Source of the DNA: Candidatus Anaeroferrophillacea bacterium | Lineage (GTDB): Bacteria > Desulfobacterota > Anaeroferrophillalia > Anaeroferrophillales > Anaeroferrophillaceae | Direction of reading: 5' to 3' | Length of the DNA: 64,000 nt | Assembly: GCA_016933675.1 (NCBI GenBank) | Contig: JAFGAM010000001.1 | Location: 21,181-85,180, forward strand | Position numbers and translations under genes: made by a program | Notes under the pieces: model-generated | The model's database searches: none | Told to the model about the DNA's origin: nothing | What the model saw: only the letters and a program-made list of their open reading frames with translations | Shown here: piece after piece, positions 1 through 8,705 of the stretch | How the letters are laid out: each line of letters starts with the position of its first letter | How positions within the stretch are numbered: position 1 is the stretch's first letter

Positions 1-54
1 GCTGCTGCCCACCAGCAGCCGGATCATGGAGCGGAAATCGCGCAGTTTTTTCAT
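1..54 (-). CDS. N-terminal fragment of an unidentified CDS that runs off the window (MKKLRDFRSMIRLLVGSS...)
   Basis: An ATG at 54..52 lies 7 nt after a copy of the tsaD stop context. The frame stays open to the window edge, and only 18 codons are visible. Confidence 0.3.
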   Translation of the reverse strand, partial: MKKLRDFRSMIRLLVGSS

Positions 55-66
55 CTGCGGTTACAG
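31..66. repeat. Copy 1 of an exact 36-nt direct repeat (GCGGAAATCGCGCAGTTTTTTCATCTGCGGTTACAG)
   Basis: It is identical to 104..139 with a 73-nt period. Confidence 0.95.
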
Positions 67-103
67 CTGCCGACGATGGTCATGTCCACGGCATTCACCC
101 TGG

Positions 104-139
104 GCGGAAATCGCGCAGTTTTTTCATCTGCGGTTACAG
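104..139. repeat. Copy 2 of the exact 36-nt direct repeat, spanning the tsaD stop codon
   Basis: It is identical to 31..66. It contains the tsaD stop (134..136) and a decoy ATG at 127..125 that opens a 10-codon ORF (95..127). Confidence 0.95.
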
Positions 140-1120
140 GGCCAGACGGGAACTGGCGTTGAGCCGCCGGTCATCCACCAGGCCACGGCAAAAGCGGCGA
201 TAACCCACCAGACCGATCATGGCGCCGTTGTCGGTACACAACACCGGCGATGCGCAGTGGGCCGCAAACCCCCGCGCCGCCGCCCGCTCACGCAGCAAGT
301 CGCGGATGGTACGGTTGCAGGCAACGCCCCCGGCCATGACCACGGTCGACACCCCATGCCTTTCGGCGGCACGCACGGCCCGCGCGGTGAGTACATCGGC
401 CACCGCCGCCTGGAACGAGGCGGCGATATCGGCAGGCCTGTGGCCGCCGCGTTCGATCACCGTGCGCACGGCGGTTTTCAGGCCGCTGAAGCTGAAATCG
501 AAAGAATCGGGCGCAAGCCAGGCGCGGGGAAAACGGACCGCCGCCGGATCGCCATCGCCTGCCAACCGCTCGATAAGCGGCCCGCCGGGATAGCCGAGTT
601 CCAGCATCTTGGCGACCTTATCGAAGGCCTCACCAGCGGCGTCGTCGATGGTCCGGCCCAGGAGCCGGTAGGTGTGCCAGTCCGCGGCCAAAAACAGGCT
701 CGTATGGCCGCCGGAAGCTACCAGGCCGACATAGGGAAAGGAAATGTGCGGATTTTCCAACAGGGGGGAGAGCAGGTGCCCTTCGACGTGGTGCACCCCC
801 ACCAGCGGCAGCCGACGGGCGAAGGCCACCGCCTTGGCGAAGGAAAGCCCCACCAGCAGCGAACCCACCAGGCCCGGACCGCGGGTGACGCAGACCAGTT
901 CGATGTCGTCGAGGCGGGCGCCGGCTTCCGCCAGCGCCCGGTTGACCACCAGCGGCATATTTTCCAGATGATGACGGGATGCCAGCTCGGGTACCACGCC
1001 ACCGAAGGGGGCATGCACCTCCACCTGGCTCGAAATAACGTTGGCCCGCACCATGTCGGGGGCCTCGAGCACGGCGGCACAGGTATCGTCACAGGACGTT
1101 TCGACGGCAAGGATCATCAT
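134..1120 (-). CDS. tsaD: tRNA N6-adenosine threonylcarbamoyltransferase TsaD (Kae1/Gcp family)
   Basis: This is a 328-aa ORF with N-terminus MMILAVETSCDDT. It carries the metal-site motif VGVHHVEGHLL and ASGGHTSL. Confidence 0.93.
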   Translation of the reverse strand: MMILAVETSCDDTCAAVLEAPDMVRANVISSQVEVHAPFGGVVPELASRHHLENMPLVVNRALAEAGARLDDIELVCVTRGPGLVGSLLVGLSFAKAVAFARRLPLVGVHHVEGHLLSPLLENPHISFPYVGLVASGGHTSLFLAADWHTYRLLGRTIDDAAGEAFDKVAKMLELGYPGGPLIERLAGDGDPAAVRFPRAWLAPDSFDFSFSGLKTAVRTVIERGGHRPADIAASFQAAVADVLTARAVRAAERHGVSTVVMAGGVACNRTIRDLLRERAAARGFAAHCASPVLCTDNGAMIGLVGYRRFCRGLVDDRRLNASSRLAL

Positions 1121-1294
1121 GAAGGAGATATTCCGCTGAAAAACGGCATAAAACCGGCGGCAAGCGGTCGGTCGCCGGTGGCGGCAAAGCGCAAGAGACG
1201 CATAGTAACCGATTCACCCCGGGGTAACAAGCGCTTTCTGCCGTGCCCCGGCGCACGTTTCCCGCCGTGCTTCCCCGTGACGATCGCCCTCGGC

Positions 1295-2155
1295 TCAAGC
1301 GGCCAGTTCGAGGCCGTCGAAGTCATCGGCCAGCAACTCGCGCAATTTACGCATGGCGTTGGCCTCCAACTGCCGGACCCGCTCACGGGTAATCCCCAGA
1401 TGATCGCCGACCTCCTGGAGCGTCGCCGATTCGCCGGCAAAAAAACGCCCCTCCACCACCTGGCGCTCGCGCGGGGTCAGTTTCTCCAGTGCCGCGCCGA
1501 TCTTCTCGCGCCGGACTTCCTCCTCCTCGCGCTCCAGCAGCCGGGTTTCCTGGTTGTCAACCTCGTCCTCGAGCAGATCCTGAAACGTGGTATCGCCGTC
1601 ACCCAGGGCACGGTTCAAAGACAAATCCCGGAAGCGCAGCCGCTGACACAGGGCCTCGACCTTGGCGTCCACCTCCTGGCCATCCAGCAGCGCCGTCAGC
1701 TCCTCGCGGTCGACGGAGGCGTCACTGTCCGCCCCGCGCAAACGGGACATGCGGAAGAACAACTTCTTCTGCAACTGGGTGGTACCGATCTTCACCAGAC
1801 TCCAGGAACGGATGATGAAATCCTGAATGTAGGCCCGGATCCACCACACGGCATAGGAAATCAGCCGGTAGCCGCGCTCGGGATCGAACTTCTTGACCGC
1901 CATCATAAGGCCCAGGTTGCCCTCCTGGATGAGGTCCATCTTCTTCATGCGATACCCGGCATATTCCGACGCCACCTTTACCACGAAGCGCAGGTTCGCG
2001 GTCACCAGCCGGTGGGCGACGGACATGTCACCGGTCTGCCGGTAACGCCGGGCCAGCTCCCGCTCCTCCTCTGGCGCCAGCAGATCGAAACGGTTGATCT
2101 CGGAAATATAAAGGGCATATGAATCGGTCACCGGAATCATCTCGCCAGCAGCCAT
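1295..2155 (-). CDS. rpoH: RNA polymerase sigma-32 heat-shock factor RpoH
   Basis: It shows sigma-70 family regions 2-4 and an RpoH-box-like QKKLFFRMSRLR. The ATG at 2155 follows the SD GGAGGTG, and the ORF-track start at 2164 is a GTG abutting that SD. Confidence 0.9.
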   Translation of the reverse strand: MAAGEMIPVTDSYALYISEINRFDLLAPEEERELARRYRQTGDMSVAHRLVTANLRFVVKVASEYAGYRMKKMDLIQEGNLGLMMAVKKFDPERGYRLISYAVWWIRAYIQDFIIRSWSLVKIGTTQLQKKLFFRMSRLRGADSDASVDREELTALLDGQEVDAKVEALCQRLRFRDLSLNRALGDGDTTFQDLLEDEVDNQETRLLEREEEEVRREKIGAALEKLTPRERQVVEGRFFAGESATLQEVGDHLGITRERVRQLEANAMRKLRELLADDFDGLELAA

Positions 2156-2247
2156 ATCATCCACCTCCTCCAGTGCTTGCGGTTACGGCTTCACCGCGAC
2201 CCCGTCTTTCCTGTTGCCCGCCGGTGCGTACCACAGGCAGACAGGCG

Positions 2248-2279
2248 CCGCGAATCCGGAGCCGTTACCGTGCCATCAC
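2248..2279 (+). repeat. Intergenic repeat family member, fused form (CCGCGAATCCGGAGCCGTTACCGTGCCATCAC)
   Basis: The 5' box and 3' box are adjacent. It nearly matches 56136..56169 and 44955..44985. Confidence 0.8.
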
Positions 2280-2316
2280 ATCTTGACATATCGGCAGTCT
2301 CTACGCCTTGCCACTG

Positions 2317-2343
2317 TTAGCACTCACTTTTTACGAGTGCTAA
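2317..2343. promoter_or_regulatory. CIRCE operator (HrcA binding site) TTAGCACTC-N9-GAGTGCTAA
   Basis: It is a perfect match to the CIRCE consensus inverted repeat with a 9-nt spacer. It overlaps the predicted -10 of the minus-strand rpoH promoter. Confidence 0.9.
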
Positions 2344-2370
2344 CATAGCATACTGCCGACTCCGGAGCAA
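2342..2370 (-). promoter_or_regulatory. Predicted sigma-70 type promoter of rpoH (-35 TTGCTC, 17-nt spacer, -10 TATGTT)
   Basis: The hexamers were read on the minus strand at 2370..2365 and 2347..2342. The promoter sits about 180 nt upstream of the rpoH start. Confidence 0.55.
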
Positions 2371-2540
2371 TAGAAAAAAAGCCAAAAAATCCGCCTAAAG
2401 CGAGTTACCAGCACCAAGACCGGCCCGCTGGGGATGGTTTCGTAAACACCATACCGGGCGCGAATGATGGAACGAAAACGAAGTCATCGGCACGGGCAGC
2501 CGGCGCAAGATGAAACGAAACGCATGCCCAGCCATCGGTA

Positions 2541-2569
2541 TTGACAAAAACCGCCCCCTGCACTATGGT
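2541..2569 (+). promoter_or_regulatory. Predicted sigma-70 promoter of queD-folE2 (-35 TTGACA, 17-nt spacer, -10 TATGGT)
   Basis: It has a consensus -35 and leaves a leader of about 225 nt before queD. Confidence 0.6.
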
Positions 2570-2798
2570 ACCCGCGCATATTGGTGAGGCTATCGAAAAA
2601 CGCCGCTCAAGGGACGACCCGCTAACCACTCCGGACTCGCGGCGCACAAAACCTGCGGGATACGGCGGCGGTTTACGTTGCGCGACTCGGGGTGCAGCGT
2701 CCGTCGGCAGGCGGCACGCACCGGCAGACTGCAAAGACAACGGAGTTGCCGGCAAACCGCCGGAACCGGGGAAATCGTACAGAGGTAATGAGACCGGC

Positions 2799-3173
2799 AT
2801 GCCCTACGAATTGAAGATCGAAACATCATTCGCCGCCGCCCATAACCTGTTGCACTACAGCGGCCAGTGCGAACGGCTGCACGGCCACAACTGGAAGGTG
2901 GAGGTCATCGTCCGCGGCGACGACCTCGACCGGAGTGGCATGCTGCTGGACTTCAAGGCCCTGAAGGAATACACCGACGAGGTTATCGACACCCTCGACC
3001 ATACCTACCTCAACGAACTTCCGGCCTTCGCCGGGCAGAGTCCGTCGTCGGAAGTCATCGCCCGCCACATCTTTACCGAACTGGAAGTAAAACTCGCGCC
3101 CCACAACGTCCGAGTCACTAAAGTGGTCGCGTGGGAATCCGACCGGGCCGCCGCGGCCTACGTACGCTCGTAA
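2799..3173 (+). CDS. queD: 6-carboxy-5,6,7,8-tetrahydropterin synthase QueD
   Basis: N-terminus MPYELKIETSFAAAHNL and the motif CERLHGHNWKVEV are typical of the PTPS/QueD family. The long upstream extension in the ORF track looks non-coding. Confidence 0.9.
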   Translation: MPYELKIETSFAAAHNLLHYSGQCERLHGHNWKVEVIVRGDDLDRSGMLLDFKALKEYTDEVIDTLDHTYLNELPAFAGQSPSSEVIARHIFTELEVKLAPHNVRVTKVVAWESDRAAAAYVRS

Positions 3174-3949
3174 TGACCATCCAGGATATCCAGCGGCAGC
3201 TGGACTACCGCCAGATCGACATCAACAAGGTCGGCATCAAGGGAATCAAGTACCCCATCCAGGTACTCGACCGAACCAGCGGCGTACAGCACACCATCGG
3301 CGACTTCAACATGTACGTCAGCCTGCCGCATCGTTTCAAGGGCACCCACATGAGCCGGTTCGTTGAGGTTCTTAACCGTTACCACAACAAGATCGGCATC
3401 AACATCTTTCCCACCATCCTGCGCGAGATCAGGCAGCATCTGGAGGCCGAAGCGGCCCATCTGGAGATTACCTTTCCCTACTTCATCGACAAGGAGGCCC
3501 CGGTCACCCGCGCGCGCAGCAAGATGGTCTACACCTGCACCTTCATCGGCAGTCTCAAGGGTGACGACCTCGACTTCCGGGTCCAGGTCCAGGTCCCGGT
3601 GACCAGCCTCTGCCCCTGCTCCAAGGCCATCAGCGACGACGGCGCCCACAACCAGCGCAGTACCGTCACCGTCACCTTCTCCTTCGACAAGTTTGTCTGG
3701 CTCGAGGAAATGATCCACCTCATCGAGGATACCGCCAGCTGCGACATCTACTCGCTGCTCAAGCGCCCGGACGAAAAATACGTCACCGAACACGCCTACG
3801 CCAACCCGATGTTCGTCGAAGACCTGGTGCGTGAAATCGCCTGCCGGCTACTCAACGACCGCAACATCATCTGGTTCACCGTCGAGGCGGAGAACATGGA
3901 GAGCATCCACAACCACAGCGCCTACGCCTACGTGGAAAAATACCTGTAG
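3173..3949 (+). CDS. folE2: GTP cyclohydrolase I type 2 (FolE2/MptA family)
   Basis: It has the SLCPCSKAIS motif and the expected length. Its start overlaps the queD stop (TAATG). Confidence 0.88.
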   Translation: MTIQDIQRQLDYRQIDINKVGIKGIKYPIQVLDRTSGVQHTIGDFNMYVSLPHRFKGTHMSRFVEVLNRYHNKIGINIFPTILREIRQHLEAEAAHLEITFPYFIDKEAPVTRARSKMVYTCTFIGSLKGDDLDFRVQVQVPVTSLCPCSKAISDDGAHNQRSTVTVTFSFDKFVWLEEMIHLIEDTASCDIYSLLKRPDEKYVTEHAYANPMFVEDLVREIACRLLNDRNIIWFTVEAENMESIHNHSAYAYVEKYL

Positions 3950-4031
3950 GATATGACGACAACGGCGCCGCGACGCCATCCGCGGCCGCAGCCGTTTACG
4001 GCGGGCCGGGCGCCGGCAAAGGGGTGAAGAC

Positions 4032-4616
4032 ATGTCCCTTGCATTGTTCCTGATTGCCGCCTATCTGCTGGGCGCGATTCCCTGCGGGCTGCTCATCGCC
4101 CACCGGTTCACCGTCGACGATCCCCGCACCCACGGCAGCGGCAACATCGGCGCCACCAACATCGCCCGCACTGCCGGCAAAAAAGCCGGTCTGCTGACCC
4201 TGTTCGCCGACGCCCTCAAGGGAGCGCTGCCGGTGCTCGTCGCCCACGCCGTTTTTCCCGGCCGCCCGGCGGTCGCCGCCGGCGCCGGCCTGCTGGCCGT
4301 CACCGGACACATCTTTCCGCTCTACCTGGGATTCAAAGGCGGCAAAGGGGTGGCCACGGCGCTGGGCGTTTTCCTTACCCTGGCGCCGCCGGCGGTGGCG
4401 GTGGAGGTGCTGATCTTCGGGCTGACGCTGGGAGTGACGCGAATCGTTGCGGCGGGATCGATGGTGGCGGCCCTGACGCTGCCGGTGTGTACCTGCCTGC
4501 TGGGCTACCCGGCGGCCGTCACCCTGGCGGCGGCGGTCACCGGCGGTCTGGTGGTCTACCGCCACCGGGAGAACCTCAAACGGCTGCTCGACGGCACGGA
4601 AAACCGCTTCTTCTGA
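4032..4616 (+). CDS. plsY: Glycerol-3-phosphate acyltransferase PlsY
   Basis: It has the GSGNIGATN motif and is a multi-TM protein of 194 aa. Confidence 0.92.
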   Translation: MSLALFLIAAYLLGAIPCGLLIAHRFTVDDPRTHGSGNIGATNIARTAGKKAGLLTLFADALKGALPVLVAHAVFPGRPAVAAGAGLLAVTGHIFPLYLGFKGGKGVATALGVFLTLAPPAVAVEVLIFGLTLGVTRIVAAGSMVAALTLPVCTCLLGYPAAVTLAAAVTGGLVVYRHRENLKRLLDGTENRFF

Positions 4617-4640
4617 CACCGGCACCAGGATCATGCGGGG

Positions 4641-5198
4641 CTATTGCCGTCGGCCGCCGCGACGACTGCCGGCGGATTCGAGCCGGCGCTCATGCTCACG
4701 CTCCCGCCGGGAAAGACGCCGCGGGTTGCCCTTCTTGCGGGTATCCAGCCGGCGTTCTACCGCTTCCGCTTCCGGATCCGCCGCCCCCGGGACATCACCG
4801 CCGCCGTACATACTCACTGCCAGTTCGGCTTCATGATAGAATTCCTCGCTGCCGAGAACCACGGCGCCGGCACTCTCCGCCTGACGGGCCACCTCACGAT
4901 CGTCGGTCACCACCGTCAGCCCGGAACCGAACTGGCGCGCCTGGCGCACCAGCACCGTATCGGCACTGACCCCAAGGGGCGAGAAATGCACCCGCACCCC
5001 GCGGTGACGGGACTGACGTTCACCGCCCCCCGGCGCCCGGCCGCCATCGAAGACAACCGTAACCAGGTGCCGGCTGGCTTCGCGGTAGGCGGCGAGAAAA
5101 TCCAGCATCCCCTCCCGTTCGGCCTCCAGATCGAGACGATCCAGCGACCGGCCGCCGACCCGGGCGATAAGGTTGTAGCCATCGATGCTCAGGCGCAT
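4641..5198 (-). CDS. NYN-domain protein, YacP/Rae1-like predicted RNase
   Basis: N-terminus MRLSIDGYNLI is YacP-like and the C-terminal tail is basic. The SD GGAG precedes the ATG at 5198. Confidence 0.7.
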   Translation of the reverse strand: MRLSIDGYNLIARVGGRSLDRLDLEAEREGMLDFLAAYREASRHLVTVVFDGGRAPGGGERQSRHRGVRVHFSPLGVSADTVLVRQARQFGSGLTVVTDDREVARQAESAGAVVLGSEEFYHEAELAVSMYGGGDVPGAADPEAEAVERRLDTRKKGNPRRLSRREREHERRLESAGSRRGGRRQ

Positions 5199-5397
5199 GA
5201 TAATCTCCGTCAATACCACCGCGAGGGCGCTGTATACCGCGGCTTTCCGATCCCTGCCGGGGGTTGTCCACCACCATCCCGGAAGGGGTTGGAGGGGTTG
5301 AACCCGTTTCGGCAGCACGCCCCGCCAAGCGGATATCGGGATGCCGGCAGCAAAACCGCATCCCGCGCCGCCCCGGTGCCGAAGCCGGCCGGGCAGC

Positions 5398-5480
5398 GGC
5401 GAAAGCCGCTGGAAACCAACGCCGGAACCTGACGACCGGCGGCCGCGAAAGCCGCTGGCAACCGGTACCGGAGCCTGACG
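5398..5480. repeat. Two tandem repeat units, each 37 nt at a 46-nt period, each carrying a GAAA-loop hairpin (CGAAAGCCGCTGG-AACC-N4-CCGGARCCTGACG)
   Basis: The units at 5398..5434 and 5444..5480 share 30 of 37 positions. They lie between the ABC-F stop and the NYN gene start. Confidence 0.8.
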
Positions 5481-5498
5481 GGAACCGGTACGGCGACA

Positions 5499-7454
5499 TC
5501 ACCGCTGCGGACGGCGCTTCGCCTCCAGCTCGTGACCCGCCGCCTCCCACTGGCGGTAGAGTTCCTGCAGCCGCTCCTGGTAGGCCTGACGCTCGCGGGT
5601 CTTCTGCTGCACCGTCTGCGGGCTGGAATCGGAAAAAAATTCCGGCCGTGCGAAGAGGGCATCCAGCTCCTCGCCGGCGGCCTCGAGGCCGGCGATCTCC
5701 TCTTCACAGCGGCGCAGCTTTTCCTCCAGGGGCCGGAGATTCACCTTCGACCCCGTCGTGCCGCCACGGTTTTTGTCCTTTTTCCGCTTCCCGGCCCCGC
5801 CGGCGGCGGCCGCCGCCGGGGCATTGTCCTTCATCGCCGTCGGCCGGTCCGGCGCCTCCCCGCGCAGGTGATCGGTCCCCGCCCGTTCGAGAAACTCCCG
5901 GTAACTGCCGGTGAACAGGTCGGCCTCACCGGGACGCAGCTCGAGAATTTTCGTCGCCACCCGGTCGACGATATAGCGGTTGTGGCTGACGAGGATGATG
6001 GTGCCGTCGAAACGCAGCAGGGCATCGACAAAGGCCTCGATGGATTCGAGGTCCAGGTGGTTGCTGGGTTCGTCCAGCACCAGGACGTTGCCGTGGGTAA
6101 GCACCAGCTTCGCCAGCACCAGGCGGGCGGCCTCACCGCCGGAGAGCGCGGTAGTCTTCTTGTGGACATCGTCGCCGGAGAACAGCAGGTTGCCGAGCAG
6201 ACCGCGGATGGCGCTGATGGAGGCCCCCGGATCGAACTGATAGAGGAACTCGTAGGGGGTGGAATTGGACGGGATAATGTCCCGGTGGTCCTGGGAGAAG
6301 TAATCGGGATGGGTCTCGTAGCCCCATGAGTAGGAGCCGCCGTCAGCCTTAAGCTCACCCATGACGATCTTCAGCAGGGTCGACTTGCCGATACCGTTGG
6401 GGCCGATAACGGCGATCCGGTCGCCGCGGTAGACGGTGAAATCGACCCCGTCCAGAACCCGGTTTTCACCGAAGGATTTCTTCAGACCGCTGACCTCCAG
6501 CACCGTTTTGCCCGACGGCCGGCAGCCGGTAAAGCTGATCAGCGGATGTTTCCGGGAGCTGTATACCGGAGCCTCGATAGTCTTTTCCAGGCGTTCGATC
6601 TGCTTCGCCTTGCTCTGCGCCTGACGCGCCTTCGAGGCCTTGCCCTTGAAGCGGGTGACGAAGTGCTGCAGGTCGTCGATGCGCTTCTCCGCCTTGGCCG
6701 CCTCCTGACGGCGCAGATCCATCTCCTGTTCGCGGGCGACGAGGTAACGGTCGTAATTGCCGCTGTAGATCTTGATGGTGCCGTAGTCGATATCGGCGAT
6801 ATCGGTGCAGATATTGTTGAGAAACTCACGGTCATGGGACACCGCCAGCACGACCCCGGCATAGTCACGCAGGTAGCCCTCAAGCCAGCGGATGGAGATG
6901 ATATCCAGGTGGTTGGTGGGCTCGTCCAGCAACAAAACGTCGGGACGGCTGAAAAGACACTGGGCCAGCAGGACCCGCAGCTTGTAGCCGCCGGAGAGCT
7001 CGCGCATGGTCCGGAGATGTTTCGCACCCGGAATACCGAGGCCCTCGAGCATCTCGCCGATGCGGCTTTCGGCGACGTAGCCGTCATGATGAGCAATAAT
7101 CTCCTCGAGTTCCACCAGCCGGTCGGCGGGAGGCTCGGGCTGTTCCAGCAGGCGGTCCTTCTCGGTGATCGCCGCCGCCAGCTCCGGCCGGCCGTGAAGC
7201 ACCACCTCGACCAGGGGCACCGCCTCGAAGGCAAAGTGGTCCTGGGTCAGGGTCCCCATGCGCACCCGGGAAGGGATGTTGATCTCGCCGCCGTCCGGGG
7301 TTTCCTGACCCGAAAGCAGGCGCAGAAAGGTGGATTTGCCGACCCCGTTGGCGCCGACGATGCCGTAGCGCCGGCCGGGGTCGAACTGCAGGGTGACGCC
7401 GGAAAAAAGCACCTGGGCGCCGTAATGCTTGGTGAGACTGGTAACACTGATCAT
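5499..7454 (-). CDS. ABC-F family ATPase (two ABC domains, C-terminal coiled coil; Uup/YheS-like)
   Basis: Walker A motifs GANGVGKST and GPNGIGKST and two LSGG signatures are present. There is no TMD and the tail is charged. The start is MISVTSLTKHYG. Confidence 0.88.
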   Translation of the reverse strand: MISVTSLTKHYGAQVLFSGVTLQFDPGRRYGIVGANGVGKSTFLRLLSGQETPDGGEINIPSRVRMGTLTQDHFAFEAVPLVEVVLHGRPELAAAITEKDRLLEQPEPPADRLVELEEIIAHHDGYVAESRIGEMLEGLGIPGAKHLRTMRELSGGYKLRVLLAQCLFSRPDVLLLDEPTNHLDIISIRWLEGYLRDYAGVVLAVSHDREFLNNICTDIADIDYGTIKIYSGNYDRYLVAREQEMDLRRQEAAKAEKRIDDLQHFVTRFKGKASKARQAQSKAKQIERLEKTIEAPVYSSRKHPLISFTGCRPSGKTVLEVSGLKKSFGENRVLDGVDFTVYRGDRIAVIGPNGIGKSTLLKIVMGELKADGGSYSWGYETHPDYFSQDHRDIIPSNSTPYEFLYQFDPGASISAIRGLLGNLLFSGDDVHKKTTALSGGEAARLVLAKLVLTHGNVLVLDEPSNHLDLESIEAFVDALLRFDGTIILVSHNRYIVDRVATKILELRPGEADLFTGSYREFLERAGTDHLRGEAPDRPTAMKDNAPAAAAAGGAGKRKKDKNRGGTTGSKVNLRPLEEKLRRCEEEIAGLEAAGEELDALFARPEFFSDSSPQTVQQKTRERQAYQERLQELYRQWEAAGHELEAKRRPQR

Positions 7455-7547
7455 GGTATCCGTACTGCCTGTTGCCGCCGCGGGCGCGGGCGGCGAAAAA
7501 TTTGCTTCAAGATGCGGATTGGCCGGGTGAGAACAACGCCCCGAGAC

Positions 7548-7577
7548 TGGACAGCCTGCCGCCCTTTGGGCTAGAGT
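7548..7577 (+). promoter_or_regulatory. Candidate promoter (-35 TGGACA, 18-nt spacer, -10 TAGAGT inside GGGCTAGAGT)
   Basis: Its -10 context, GGGCTAGA, is the same as in the predicted tonB-like promoter at 14579..14607. Confidence 0.35.
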
Positions 7578-7755
7578 GCGCTTAGCAGAACCGACGGCAT
7601 TTGACAAGCCCGGCGACCGCTGACCGCCACGGATGCTGACTTCGCGACAACGTCATGGGCATCATTGCCCGCCCGGGCGCACCGCCCGGGGACAAGGGCA
7701 CGGCGAGCCGGATCATGTGCCGCCCGGTGATACTCGTGTTCCCCGGCGGCGGCAA

Positions 7756-7830
7756 CACCGCAAATCCGGAGCGGCGGCGGGAGCGGACAATCTTTCCGCC
7801 CCGCCGGGGGTCGATTAGGGTTTCATCGCC
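7756..7830 (+). repeat. Intergenic repeat family member, composite form (5' box, variable hairpin, degenerate 3' box)
   Basis: It reads CACCGCAAATCCGGAGC, then a 12-bp hairpin (7775..7806), then GATTAGGGTTTCATCGCC. It lies about 200 nt upstream of rlpA. Confidence 0.65.
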
Positions 7831-8029
7831 CCCGGCAACCATTACCGGTTTTGTTTGCGCCCTCCCGGAGCCATCGATGACCAGCTGTGATCCCCTTCGC
7901 GGCCGGAGGTTTCACCGCCGCCGCGCGCGTCACCCGGCAACCGCACTCCGGCCAGCAACCGCACCCCGCCCGGCGACGACCCTCCAACCGGCGGCCGGGG
8001 TGCCGACCCGGGTGAAAAAAGCGGTGTCA

Positions 8030-8698
8030 ATGCCGCCGCCGGCGGCGGCACTCCGGCTGGCGGCTGTGGTTCTGACCCTGGCCGGACTGGCGGCCTGCGC
8101 CGTCGTTGACACCGCCTACATGGTCACCAAAGGAACGGCCAAAACCACCTGCAAGGCCGTCGGCCTGGCCGCCGACATCACCGGCGGCACGATACGCACC
8201 GCCTACCACATCGGCTGCTACACCTTCAAGGTGGTCATGGCGCCGGCCGACTGGCCCCTGACCCACGATCTCGACACCATCGACGGCCTTTCACCGGCGG
8301 AGGCCATCCGCCGGGGACGGGTGAAGAATTCCCCCTATACCGTCAACGGCACACACTACCGGCCCATGAGCGTGACCGACTCCCTGCACTACCGGGAGGA
8401 AGGAATCGCCTCGTGGTACGGCGAGGAAACCCGGCGTAAAAAGGGCGGCCACATGACCGCCAACGGCGAAGCATTCGACCCCGACAAACCCACCGCAGCC
8501 CACCGGCTGCTGCCGCTGCCGGTCCACGTGCGGGTAACCAACCTGGAAAACGGCCGCTCGATGATCGTCCGGGTCAACGACCGCGGCCCCTTCGTCGACG
8601 GCCGCATCATCGACCTCAGCGCCGGCGCCAGCCGACAGCTGGGGTTCCACGACCGGGGCACCGCCCGGGTACGGGTGGAGACCGTCGTCCTGGACTGA
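8030..8698 (+). CDS. rlpA: Septal ring lytic transglycosylase RlpA (DPBB domain lipoprotein)
   Basis: There is a lipoprotein-like signal LTLAGLAAC. The DPBB core reads ASWYG...HMTANGEAFD...AAHRLLPLPVHVRVTNLENGRSMIVRVNDRGP. Confidence 0.85.
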   Translation: MPPPAAALRLAAVVLTLAGLAACAVVDTAYMVTKGTAKTTCKAVGLAADITGGTIRTAYHIGCYTFKVVMAPADWPLTHDLDTIDGLSPAEAIRRGRVKNSPYTVNGTHYRPMSVTDSLHYREEGIASWYGEETRRKKGGHMTANGEAFDPDKPTAAHRLLPLPVHVRVTNLENGRSMIVRVNDRGPFVDGRIIDLSAGASRQLGFHDRGTARVRVETVVLD

Positions 8699-8705
8699 TG
8701 GATCG

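Noticed and set aside
26-2122. A 698-aa plus-strand ORF covering tsaD and rpoH
   Set aside because: It is antisense to two well-supported genes. Its translation is Arg/Gly/Pro/His-rich low complexity with no family motifs. This is a typical long spurious ORF of a high-GC genome.
2576-2798. Searched the queD leader for a preQ1 riboswitch core
   Set aside because: I could not find the short hairpin plus A-rich tail of preQ1-I or the features of classes II/III. The leader remains only an unexplained long leader, reported as a low-interest finding.
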